Of a stretch of 61,801 nt of DNA, positions 10,380 through 18,506 are shown piece after piece. The position numbers and the translations under genes are program-made. The notes beneath the pieces were generated by a model. That model had not been told where the DNA came from and searched no databases. It worked only from the letters and a program-made list of their open reading frames with translations. Within the stretch, counting starts at the first letter, position 1. Every line of letters begins with the position of its first letter. Source of the stretch: a virus (lineage: Duplodnaviria > Caudoviricetes); IMG/VR virus record IMGVR_UViG_3300033076_001439, positions 1 to 61,801 of that record. One strand, written 5' to 3'.

Positions 10380-10796
10380 TTACGAAATGCGAATAAGTGC
10401 GCTATCCGCATTATCCGGTGGAAACTGGATTTGAAACTGCTGGTTGAGCATCGTCTGGTCAAGACCAAAGTTCAACACGCCAACCGACTTATCGCTCTTG
10501 GATGAGTTGTAAATCAGTGCCCCACGTGTCGTGAATGTGGCGGCATTCCAAGCAGGATTGGCAAAAGATACATAAGCGATGTTCCCCGTGCGGGTAACCA
10601 CCGCGCTGGTCAGGACCTGGCCACCAGCCGTGTATCCTGCGCCCACCACTTCACCAACCGTTGTGTACTCAGGTGTTTCTGGCCCCAACACAGCATCCGC
10701 CGTGTACAGAGCAATCTTGATCACGTCTACGTCAAAATCGTGAACACCCAGCAGTAGCTGTTCTTTGAAGCTGTTGGTCAATCCGGCAGTGATCAT
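10380..10796 (-). CDS. Virion structural protein
   Basis: SFKEQLLLGVHDF...KIALYT...RGALIYNSS motif. Confidence 0.65.
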   Translation of the reverse strand: MITAGLTNSFKEQLLLGVHDFDVDVIKIALYTADAVLGPETPEYTTVGEVVGAGYTAGGQVLTSAVVTRTGNIAYVSFANPAWNAATFTTRGALIYNSSKSDKSVGVLNFGLDQTMLNQQFQIQFPPDNADSALIRIS

Positions 10797-10799
10797 GTC

Positions 10800-11645
10800 T
10801 TACCTCACTGGCATCTTAAGTTGACCATCCAGGTAAGCATCTCCGCGCTGCTTACCATCGCCCAGGTTCTTCAAGAGTGCCAGCGCCTCTTTGAACTTGG
10901 TTTCGTAAATACCCATGAGGTCTGCCTCACCCTTCATGTAGGTGTAGGCCTCAACCAGTGTGCCGTACAGCAGAACGCTGTCAAAGTTGTCGCCCAGCCA
11001 GGTGGTCTCAGCGTCCACAATCGACTCGGGGTAGTAGTAGAAATGCAGTTCCGCCATGTAGGCTGCATCTGGTGTGGGGCCCATGATGAAGGTGAGCTCA
11101 TCGACGTTATCGCTGTTCGGGCCAAAGATGGCATAGTACTTCGGCAAGGCACGATACCCAGGGTTGGGATATACCTCGCGGATGTAGTTGACATCCCTGT
11201 TCAGCAAGTAGGTGTAGTCCCCCTGGAACAGCATCGTCCCCGATACCGTGCCTGTGTTGGCCAGACTCAGCGCCACTACGTTGCCCTGAACAGTGGTGAC
11301 TTCCGCGCCTGTGGCAATGCCTGTGCCCGAGACATACATTCCAGGGACGATGCCCGTGGCGCTCGACACAGTGATTGTGAAAGTCCCTGAAGTACCCGTG
11401 GCTGTGGGGGATGCCTGTGGGTACACTGCCAAAGAATAGGCCGAAAGGAAATCGCCCGGACATGCCAGATACTTGTTGCCCGCAGTGAGCGTGCCGGTCA
11501 TGTTCTTTCGGAGGTTGGCAATTTGCACCGTGTTGTAGATGCGCTGCTCAGCCTGCTTCACAAACACTGGAATCTCTGCTTCAAACGCAGAATCCTGGTT
11601 GTCTGTGTAGGCGATTACCGCCTCTTTCAACTGGGTGTAGTTCAT
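10800..11645 (-). CDS. Head-tail adaptor/tail tubular protein A-like, with inserted beta-rich domain
   Basis: FVKQAEQRIY, PKYYA, GPTPD, LLYGTLVEAY motifs; T/G-rich insert around aa 78-140. Confidence 0.75.
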   Translation of the reverse strand: MNYTQLKEAVIAYTDNQDSAFEAEIPVFVKQAEQRIYNTVQIANLRKNMTGTLTAGNKYLACPGDFLSAYSLAVYPQASPTATGTSGTFTITVSSATGIVPGMYVSGTGIATGAEVTTVQGNVVALSLANTGTVSGTMLFQGDYTYLLNRDVNYIREVYPNPGYRALPKYYAIFGPNSDNVDELTFIMGPTPDAAYMAELHFYYYPESIVDAETTWLGDNFDSVLLYGTLVEAYTYMKGEADLMGIYETKFKEALALLKNLGDGKQRGDAYLDGQLKMPVR

Positions 11646-11977
11646 GTGATGCTCGTTGTCACCGTTCCAAGCATGGCTCCAGCCGCCAAAGGCTTTGCAG
11701 GCGGCATCGGCTGCATCCCGATACTAGCAAAAGAAGTGTCCACTGTGAAGCCTACGTAGACCGTCACGCCCATCCGGGGCTCAGGACGCGGCTGATGCAA
11801 CGCCTGAGGCTCGTTGATGTTGCGCTTGGGCTCTAACTGGGGATGCTTGGGCTCGTAGCATTCCGAGCAAACCTTGAAGCCCTTCCAGTCCTTGATGAGC
11901 AGGTTCAGTTTGAACCGCTGGCCACATTGGTCGCACAGCGCAATCGCAAACTTGCCTGATGCGTACCCCGCCGTCAT
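11642..11977 (-). CDS. Conserved phage protein with CxxC...CxxC zinc ribbon
   Basis: CDQCG...VCSECYEPKHPQL. Confidence 0.75.
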   Translation of the reverse strand: MTAGYASGKFAIALCDQCGQRFKLNLLIKDWKGFKVCSECYEPKHPQLEPKRNINEPQALHQPRPEPRMGVTVYVGFTVDTSFASIGMQPMPPAKPLAAGAMLGTVTTSIT

Positions 11978-12657
11978 CAGTACTCTCCTCGGTAGGTAGG
12001 CACGGCGAAGTAGCTGGACCGCTCACGGTCTTCGGCTGCTGCCCGTGCAAACTCTTCCTCATAGAACTGCTTGAGAACCTGGATGCGATCTGGGGCCTTT
12101 TTGATGGCCAGATAGTAGGCCAAGCCCGCGATCAGGCAAGGCAGGAAACGGAAAGAGATGTCCGCTGTGTTCGTGAACGCACCAGTCTCCTGGATACGGC
12201 GGATGGCGTAGTACCGGAAGATGTACTGCTGAGAGGCATCGGGCGCAGGGTACAGGAACAGCTTGGCCGGGACCGTACGCTGGACAAAGTACTGCGCTGG
12301 GCGCGACGGAGTGTATTTGTTGGGCACATGCAGGTATTCAGCACTGCCGATGCGGTCAATGGTGATGTCCTGCTGGTTCGAGGTGCCCGCATTCGTACGG
12401 ATCACCGCGGACAGGGCGTCTACCGTGTCAGCAGGCAGGTCGTACTCATGCACATTCGCCGTCAGCACCACTTCGCGCTGCTCGATCGTCCACAGATTCA
12501 GGCCACGGTTGGCCCACTCTGCAAACATCAAATTCAACGAGCGACGCGCTGTTCTGGCATCGTAGCCATCCCGAACCTGGAGGCCGCAACGCTCATACGC
12601 TTCGAGGAGGATCTCATCGAAGTCCAGGTTGTAGGAGGAGACGCCAGATGTCGTCAT
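11977..12657 (-). CDS. Head-tail adaptor protein
   Basis: ARRSLNLMFAEWANRGLNLWT and RFLPCLIAGLAYY motifs. Confidence 0.75.
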   Translation of the reverse strand: MTTSGVSSYNLDFDEILLEAYERCGLQVRDGYDARTARRSLNLMFAEWANRGLNLWTIEQREVVLTANVHEYDLPADTVDALSAVIRTNAGTSNQQDITIDRIGSAEYLHVPNKYTPSRPAQYFVQRTVPAKLFLYPAPDASQQYIFRYYAIRRIQETGAFTNTADISFRFLPCLIAGLAYYLAIKKAPDRIQVLKQFYEEEFARAAAEDRERSSYFAVPTYRGEY

Positions 12658-12660
12658 GGC

Positions 12661-13074
12661 TTAGTAGATTTTGGCTGTACGGGCACGGGCTGCGCCCACA
12701 CCGCGGACTTGCACGCTGTCGCCAGTGACAGATTTCTTGACGGGCTGGCTCAAGGTCTTGCCTTGTGGGCCTGCCATGTCAGCACCAGAAGCGCTGATCT
12801 GGCCTTCTTTTGGGACGCCCTTCATGGCAACACCGCCCTTGGCAAAGCCTTTTTTGGCAATGCCCTCGCCCTTTTTCGCCAGGCCGCCAGTGGCGTAGCC
12901 TTTTTTAGTTCCACACGATTTCATAGCGTCACCGCCTTTCCTAAATTTCTTGCCCTTGCTCGATTCACTGAAATCCTTGGCAACGGAAACAGGAATCCCG
13001 ACTTTTTTGGCAAATGCAGGGTTGTGCGCCGCCGCATCCATCAAACGCTTTTGCTTGCTACTTACCGCTGGCAT
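12661..13074 (-). CDS. Basic virion-associated protein with xxGG repeats
   Basis: K-rich; FRKGG, YATGG, FAKGG; C-terminal RGVGAA. Confidence 0.7.
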   Translation of the reverse strand: MPAVSSKQKRLMDAAAHNPAFAKKVGIPVSVAKDFSESSKGKKFRKGGDAMKSCGTKKGYATGGLAKKGEGIAKKGFAKGGVAMKGVPKEGQISASGADMAGPQGKTLSQPVKKSVTGDSVQVRGVGAARARTAKIY

Positions 13075-13303
13075 GGTCACCCCTTATGGCGTCAATCTTA
13101 CGCTCAATGCGATCAAATCGGTCCAGTAACTGCTGCATGTCAGCTCGAAATTCCGTGCGCGTGATGTGATCACGTGCCACTTCCTCGCGAGTACGGTTCA
13201 GCAAAATACTGATCCTATGCAACTCGGCGAACTTTTCTTTCACGATGAAACCCAACAGCGCAACAATCGCTGTCAGTACTACGTTCCATACCATCATTTC
13301 CAT
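13058..13303 (-). CDS. Small membrane-anchored coiled-coil protein
   Basis: N-terminal TM, LLNRTREEVARD motif. Confidence 0.7.
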   Translation of the reverse strand: MEMMVWNVVLTAIVALLGFIVKEKFAELHRISILLNRTREEVARDHITRTEFRADMQQLLDRFDRIERKIDAIRGDHASGK

Positions 13304-13306
13304 GAC

Positions 13307-13567
13307 TCAGCACTTCCATGCCCGCAGGCTCTTGTTGATGCGACTGTCCGGGTCACGGGCCGTCTTCTCGCTTGTGAGCTTGGACTTCATCCCCTCCATC
13401 CTTGCACAAAAGGACGCTTTGCGTCCTTTGGCTTCCTTGGTTTTGGGGGATGGCGCGGGAGGCTTCAGGTTCATGCCCTGAGCCTTTGCCGATGCGCGTC
13501 CTTTGGCATTGAGGCCGCCCTTTTCGGACTTGCCTTCTTTGCGCTGCCAAGCGGGAGTCTTGGCCAT
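13307..13567 (-). CDS. Small basic conserved phage protein (DUF6321-like)
   Basis: GGLNAKGRAS...RKASFCARM...SLRAWKC. Confidence 0.75.
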   Translation of the reverse strand: MAKTPAWQRKEGKSEKGGLNAKGRASAKAQGMNLKPPAPSPKTKEAKGRKASFCARMEGMKSKLTSEKTARDPDSRINKSLRAWKC

Positions 13568-13569
13568 GA

Positions 13570-13755
13570 TCAGTACATCTTGCAGGGCTTGTTCCGGGCC
13601 ACGCCTACGCCACGTGGGGACGGAGAAGCGTAAGGCTTCTGGTAGTCCTTGCGTGGAGTCTGCTTGGGACCGCCCTTGGACATGTCCTGTTTGTTGGCAC
13701 CAGGCTGAACTTCACCCTGGTATTGGTCGATTGCCATTTTTGCTGCACGTCCCAT
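13570..13755 (-). CDS. Small basic protein
   Basis: MSKGG and C-terminal RGVGVA, resembling 12661-13074. Confidence 0.6.
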   Translation of the reverse strand: MGRAAKMAIDQYQGEVQPGANKQDMSKGGPKQTPRKDYQKPYASPSPRGVGVARNKPCKMY

Positions 13756-13765
13756 GATGGACTCC

Positions 13766-14062
13766 TTAGCCGTAGAAGAAGGTCACCGAAGAGGGACCGG
13801 TGATGGTGAGATACGGGTCGTCTTTGAACACCACGCCATCGCCTGGAATCAGGACATAGGTGGAGCCGTTCCCCGCAGTGCTGGCAGGCGTGGCCAGAAG
13901 AATCTTCTCTTCGCCGCTCGCGCCGCCATCTTTGAAAGAGATAGAGCCTGCGGTGCCCGCCACGTAGTAAATCGATTTGATACGAGCACGAGGCTGACCG
14001 ATGCCTGTGGCACCGGTCTGGGTCATCGTTTTCGACCGTACGTCAAATTGAAACATAATCAA
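13766..14062 (-). CDS. Small virion protein
   Basis: ARIKSIYY...IPGDGVVF...SVTFFYG; head operon. Confidence 0.65.
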   Translation of the reverse strand: MIMFQFDVRSKTMTQTGATGIGQPRARIKSIYYVAGTAGSISFKDGGASGEEKILLATPASTAGNGSTYVLIPGDGVVFKDDPYLTITGPSSVTFFYG

Positions 14063-14099
14063 TCTCCTTTAAAACAGGGGCCAAAGCCCCCGAGATCAA

Positions 14100-14522
14100 T
14101 TAAGCATTTGCGGCAAGGTCAGAAACAATCGCCAGCCAAGGGGCGGACTGGTTGCCATTGCCCATCCACTGGGTCACTTTGCCTTGGGCCAAGCCAACGC
14201 CAGCGGCGTTTTCGTTGACGGGCTGTGTGCCAAAACCCTTCAGGACGTGTGTAGTGTCATTAGACTGGTTATACACCTGGCCACGGATGCCGTTGTAACG
14301 TGCGTCAGCAGGGTACTGCCCGGGCAGGAAGGTGCCGCTTGTCACTTCTGGCAAAACCATTGTGAAAACACCAGAGGGGCCACCTTGGGAGGCGTCAAGA
14401 ATAACGTATGTGGCACCCGCATTGATGGTCATGGGGGACACGGATGCCGAAGTGATGTATTCGACGGGCTGCTGAAAGCCGTTCAACGAATTGACCGGGC
14501 CAGTAAAGGTAGTTTTTGCCAT
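14100..14522 (-). CDS. Capsid decoration/fibre-like protein
   Basis: MAKTTFTGPVNSLNGF start, immediately downstream of MCP. Confidence 0.65.
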   Translation of the reverse strand: MAKTTFTGPVNSLNGFQQPVEYITSASVSPMTINAGATYVILDASQGGPSGVFTMVLPEVTSGTFLPGQYPADARYNGIRGQVYNQSNDTTHVLKGFGTQPVNENAAGVGLAQGKVTQWMGNGNQSAPWLAIVSDLAANA

Positions 14523-14529
14523 GGTGATT

Positions 14530-14610
14530 TCCTCACATGCGAGTTATGGTGCACCTGTCTGCATGTCGTCGGCCCGGAGCCGTCAGATACACCGGAAAAG
14601 TCCGGGGATG
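14530..14610 (-). ncRNA. Structured RNA element, probably Mu-gpT-DE motif
   Basis: GGTGTATCTG pairs with CAGGTGCACC and encloses a small hairpin; ACATGC/GCATGT potential pseudoknot; lies downstream of the Mu-gpT-like capsid gene. Confidence 0.55.
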
Positions 14611-14627
14611 GCCCCAATATACCCCAA

Positions 14628-14658
14628 ATGAAAAGGGGGCACAAGGCCCCCTTTTCAT
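14628..14658. terminator. Rho-independent terminator after MCP (symmetric)
   Basis: ATGAAAAGGGGGC-ACAAG-GCCCCCTTTTCAT perfect inverted repeat. Confidence 0.85.
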
Positions 14659-14671
14659 GTTTCCCGCGAGC

Positions 14672-15586
14672 TTACGCCGCGCCAGGAGAACCGTAGATAC
14701 CACGTGGGTCAGACCAGCCGAAGCTGTAACGCTCACGGGCCTTGTAGCGCACGTTGCCGGTGTCAAAATCGCCTTCAAAAGCGGTCTTGATGGGCGAACG
14801 GTTGAACATCTTCAGGCCGTTAGGCGCATCAGTGATCAGGAACCAGGCGTCCACGTCGGTCAGGTAGTGGTTGACAGCGTAACCTTCGGGGATCAGGCCC
14901 ATGGACTTGATCGCGTTGATATCGTTGTCAGCAGTGGCAGTGCGCAGAGTGCTCTTCATCAGGCGTTCTGCAGTGAACTGCAGTTCCTTAGGAACGATCA
15001 TCTTGCGAGCTGTCAAGGCAACCTTCAGGCCGCGTTCATCGGTGAACGATGCGATGTCGATGATGCCTTGCTCGAGGGATGTCTCGTTCAAGTCAGCAGC
15101 AACCAGCGGACGGTTGGCAAAGTTGGGGCCCAGTGCGGTGGGGTGGTTAGTGGCCATCAAAGCCACGCCGTCGCCGCCAGCATATTGACCGCCAGTGAAG
15201 CCATTGTTCAACACGGAAGCAGCTTTGACCTGCTTGGTGTTGGCCATGGAACGAGCCAGAGCCTTGGTGTAGCGAGCCGACAGACGGTCGTAGAGGTTGT
15301 CCTCAACGGCTTCTTCGGTCAGCGCGAACGCCATGGCGATGGTTTCGTGGGTGTAGCGAGCAGTGAACGATTCCAAAGCGGTATCGTATGCCAAGCCAGC
15401 ACCTTCGGTCTTCACCGGAGCGGAACCGAAGCCAGTCAACATGACTTCTTCTTCAAACGCACGATCCGAGGTCTCGATGGAGAAAATCTCCTCGTGCTCG
15501 TTTTCGTAGCGCTTGTATTCCAGGCCAAACAGGGCGTTCAGGCCCGGCTCGAGTTCTTTGACAAGTTGGGAACGGGTAATGGCCAT
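14672..15586 (-). CDS. Major capsid protein (Mu gpT-like family)
   Basis: MAITRSQLVKELEPGLNALFG...DFDTGNVRYKARERYSFGWSDPRG. Confidence 0.9.
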   Translation of the reverse strand: MAITRSQLVKELEPGLNALFGLEYKRYENEHEEIFSIETSDRAFEEEVMLTGFGSAPVKTEGAGLAYDTALESFTARYTHETIAMAFALTEEAVEDNLYDRLSARYTKALARSMANTKQVKAASVLNNGFTGGQYAGGDGVALMATNHPTALGPNFANRPLVAADLNETSLEQGIIDIASFTDERGLKVALTARKMIVPKELQFTAERLMKSTLRTATADNDINAIKSMGLIPEGYAVNHYLTDVDAWFLITDAPNGLKMFNRSPIKTAFEGDFDTGNVRYKARERYSFGWSDPRGIYGSPGAA

Positions 15587-15588
15587 GA

Positions 15589-16176
15589 TTATGCTCCTGC
15601 GGAAGCAACACCGACGCTACCGTACTGGTGTTGGTTGAGTTTCACGACGACCACTGCATTTGTGCCCAATTCATTCTCAGGCACGGCATAGAGGCCAACG
15701 ATTTTGAAGGTCAGCGCCGCGTCTTTGGCAATAGTTGCCGAATCCAAGGTGCCATTGGAGATACCGTTGACGGTGCTACCAGTTGTACCGGCAGTTGGGT
15801 CAGCGTTCTTGCCAATGTTGGCCTGTGTCACTGCACCACTGGCTTGAACCAGGAACAGTTGAGATGGATCATCGATGACTTCGCAATAGATTGCGCCGAT
15901 TTCGATGTTGATGCTACCGGGGTAGTAGTTCTTCCAAGTCGGCTTGTTGGCACGAGTTGGATCGTTGTACTGGCAGCCGTTGAACACGCCCGTGGGGGCA
16001 GCGTGGACAGATGCGTCGTACTTGATGATGTAACCGTCGTATACAACGACGAGGTCGCCTTGGAAAATGGCCCCGGCCTGGTTGTCGGCGATCTCGTAAC
16101 CGTATTGCTTTTGAGCACCGGTGGCAGAGAGGTTACCCGACGGACGCAGACCAAAAGGCTTGTTGACGTTTGCCAT
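15589..16176 (-). CDS. Minor capsid/head decoration protein
   Basis: MAN.NKPFGLRP...IFQGDLV...GVFNGC; directly upstream of MCP. Confidence 0.7.
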   Translation of the reverse strand: MANVNKPFGLRPSGNLSATGAQKQYGYEIADNQAGAIFQGDLVVVYDGYIIKYDASVHAAPTGVFNGCQYNDPTRANKPTWKNYYPGSINIEIGAIYCEVIDDPSQLFLVQASGAVTQANIGKNADPTAGTTGSTVNGISNGTLDSATIAKDAALTFKIVGLYAVPENELGTNAVVVVKLNQHQYGSVGVASAGA

Positions 16177-16202
16177 TTGAATCTCCTACAGGATTGAAGT
16201 TA

Positions 16203-16685
16203 TCAGCTTTGTTGAGGCTGACGGAATGTTGTGCGCGAACTCCGCTCTGGTGATTGGATTCGCATTGAAGAGTGTGCGTTCTCACGCATCATCTCGTTGT
16301 CCACAGCATGCAACTGTTCCTGTGCCCTCTGGCGGAAGTAGGCGTTCCGTTCCTCAACTGTCTCGTCGGGAATCTTGGCAAGCAAGAGTCCGCCAACAGA
16401 GATCACGCCAGCGTGTTTGCCGTCGTCCATTGTGGGCAGCGTTGCGCGGTATTCCTCAGGAATATTTTCGGGGCGAACAAGTTCGTATCCCTCACGCAGC
16501 TTGCTGTACACGTTCTGGTTGTCGAGGTTCCCGTTGACTTCAGCGCGAATCCAACGGTACTTGAAACCTTCGGGGGCAGGTGGTGCATCCAAGCGCGAAG
16601 GTGGACGCCATGGCTTGCGACGAGTTTCTTTGTCCCGGCTTTCGGCGGAACGGCTGGCTCGGTCGATAGTGATTTTTTCGCTCAT
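16203..16685 (-). CDS. Conserved head-module protein
   Basis: WRPPSRLDAPPAPEGFKYRWIR...GGLLLAKIP. Confidence 0.7.
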   Translation of the reverse strand: MSEKITIDRASRSAESRDKETRRKPWRPPSRLDAPPAPEGFKYRWIRAEVNGNLDNQNVYSKLREGYELVRPENIPEEYRATLPTMDDGKHAGVISVGGLLLAKIPDETVEERNAYFRQRAQEQLHAVDNEMMRENAHSSMRIQSPERSSRTTFRQPQQS

Positions 16686-16688
16686 GAC

Positions 16689-17636
16689 TTACTCCTTAAC
16701 GTACTTGGCATACTCTTCGAGAGGTACACCCAGTTTTTTTGCAATAGCAACCTGACTCGGCGATAACCGGACAGTTCGGCGCGCACTATTTATTCCGGAA
16801 CTCCGGGATGCAGGGGCAACAGCAGGCGCGGAACGCTGTTGTCTGGTGGATTGGTTAGACGATTGCTCGCCAGCGAAGTGACGCGGGAACTCGTCCCGAA
16901 TTCTTCGATTCAATTCAGTATAGTACTCGTCAGATTGGGGGTCAATACCCTCACGCTCGATCAAGTCTTGATGGATGCCCCATGCCGCATAAGTCATCAC
17001 GCGGTTCTGGCCAAACCATTCGTTCTTGGCGGCCCACTCCTCTGCGCGTTCGTCAGGGGCAGGCTGCTGAACCTGGCGCTGGCGGGCCTGAGGGACTTCT
17101 TGCTGCGCAGGCTGCTGACGTGCAACTTCTTGCTGTTGGAGCCATTGCGAAACCTGAGTCTTTTCCTGGAGCAGCCCAGTCAGACGCTCCTGGGCTTCCA
17201 TCTCGGTGTTGATGTCGCCTTCTTCGCGGGCCTTTTGGATAATCTGGCGCAGTGCAGTTTGCTGCGTCTCCATCCGGGCCTTGGCCTCGTTCAAGCGGCT
17301 GTAGTCGGTATGCACCAGCTTTTGCTGCAACTGCTGCGCCTGGCTCTGCAAGCCCTTGGCGTATTCCACGGCGGCCTGCTCACGGCGCTCGGCCTCACGC
17401 ATCTTGGCGGTCAGCTTGGCAATGCGCTTTTGCACTGCTTCGTTGACGGAGCCTAGCTCATCAGCTTGCGCCGATGACTCTTTCTGCTCAGAAGCGGCAG
17501 CAGATTGTTCAGGCTGGCTGCTTACCTTGCCCGCTTCCTCGTTGCCATCGGCGTCGTTGTCAAAGGTGACCGTGGCTGCCTTTTCATCGGCTCCCAGGTC
17601 GAACTCCAACTGTTCGTTGTCCATTTGATTTGCCAT
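16689..17636 (-). CDS. Capsid scaffolding protein
   Basis: Acidic N-terminus, long coiled coil, C-terminal VRLSPSQVAIAKKLGVPLEEYAK. Confidence 0.75.
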   Translation of the reverse strand: MANQMDNEQLEFDLGADEKAATVTFDNDADGNEEAGKVSSQPEQSAAASEQKESSAQADELGSVNEAVQKRIAKLTAKMREAERREQAAVEYAKGLQSQAQQLQQKLVHTDYSRLNEAKARMETQQTALRQIIQKAREEGDINTEMEAQERLTGLLQEKTQVSQWLQQQEVARQQPAQQEVPQARQRQVQQPAPDERAEEWAAKNEWFGQNRVMTYAAWGIHQDLIEREGIDPQSDEYYTELNRRIRDEFPRHFAGEQSSNQSTRQQRSAPAVAPASRSSGINSARRTVRLSPSQVAIAKKLGVPLEEYAKYVKE

Positions 17637-17644
17637 GATTTGCC

Positions 17645-18097
17645 TTACAGGTGAACGATATCTTCGGGGTTCTGGATCAGGGCCAGGACCTCATCATCAT
17701 TGATGATTCGGATTTCTCCGCCGTCGATCGGCAGGCGTGCACCTGCGTAGCGGCCAAAGACAATCCAATCACCCTTCTTGCACCACGCGCCGGTCGGGAA
17801 CTTGCCCTCGTCTGCGTAGGCCAGTGGGCCAACAGACAGCACATAGCCGCAGACAGTGGCCGCTTGCTCGCGCTGGCGGGTCTGGTCTGATAGCACGATG
17901 CCACCTTTGGTTTTTTCTGCCCCTCGGTAGGGCAAGATGATGATCCGCCAGCCTGTAGGGGCGGGGATTCGATCCATCACCGTCTGTTCGATCTTCTCGA
18001 CATCAAGGCTGCCCTCTTTGTCGTAAGCATCGTCCAGGGACGGCACGTGAGCAGCAGCTTCGTCTGCCCACTTCTTCTCCAACGCAGTCATTTCCAT
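17645..18097 (-). CDS. groES: Co-chaperonin GroES-like protein
   Basis: PTGWRIII...KTKGGIVL...VLSVGP...GDWIVFGRYAG...IINDDEVLA. Confidence 0.88.
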   Translation of the reverse strand: MEMTALEKKWADEAAAHVPSLDDAYDKEGSLDVEKIEQTVMDRIPAPTGWRIIILPYRGAEKTKGGIVLSDQTRQREQAATVCGYVLSVGPLAYADEGKFPTGAWCKKGDWIVFGRYAGARLPIDGGEIRIINDDEVLALIQNPEDIVHL

Positions 18098-18106
18098 GGG
18101 TACTCC

Positions 18107-18292
18107 TTATTGGTCTTGGTTTTTGCTGAGAAGGTCTTGAACCTCCATCTCAACAAACTTGTAGCCCTCAAGGCGTCCCATCAGGAACTTGTACTGCTCC
18201 ATATCCTTCACGTTGCCGCTCACCAAAATCTCTTCCGTCTGGCGACGAAGGCCTTTGATGGCAATCAGCGTTCTCTCGGCGAATTCAAGCAT
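18107..18292 (-). CDS. Small conserved head-module protein
   Basis: DMEQYKFLMGRLEG; between portal and GroES. Confidence 0.7.
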   Translation of the reverse strand: MLEFAERTLIAIKGLRRQTEEILVSGNVKDMEQYKFLMGRLEGYKFVEMEVQDLLSKNQDQ

Positions 18293-18362
18293 GGATTATT
18301 CCAATGAAGCAGACAGATGGGGCCCCTGTCCGTGGGCTTGAGGTGCATTATGCACCTTCTTG

Positions 18363-18506
18363 TTACGTAATCAACACCTTATTGAACGCATCTTTGCGAT
18401 AAACATACGTTTTCTTCGGCTTATCGGTTGGTGTTGCCACCTTTTTGGGACCGGGTAAACGCTTGGAGCTGGGCGTTTTCGCGGGCTTGGCTGTTTTGGG
18501 CTGCAT
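18363..18506 (-). CDS. Small basic protein overlapping the portal 3' end
   Basis: MQPKTAKPAK...AFNKVLIT, with AAGGA upstream. Confidence 0.5.
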   Translation of the reverse strand: MQPKTAKPAKTPSSKRLPGPKKVATPTDKPKKTYVYRKDAFNKVLIT

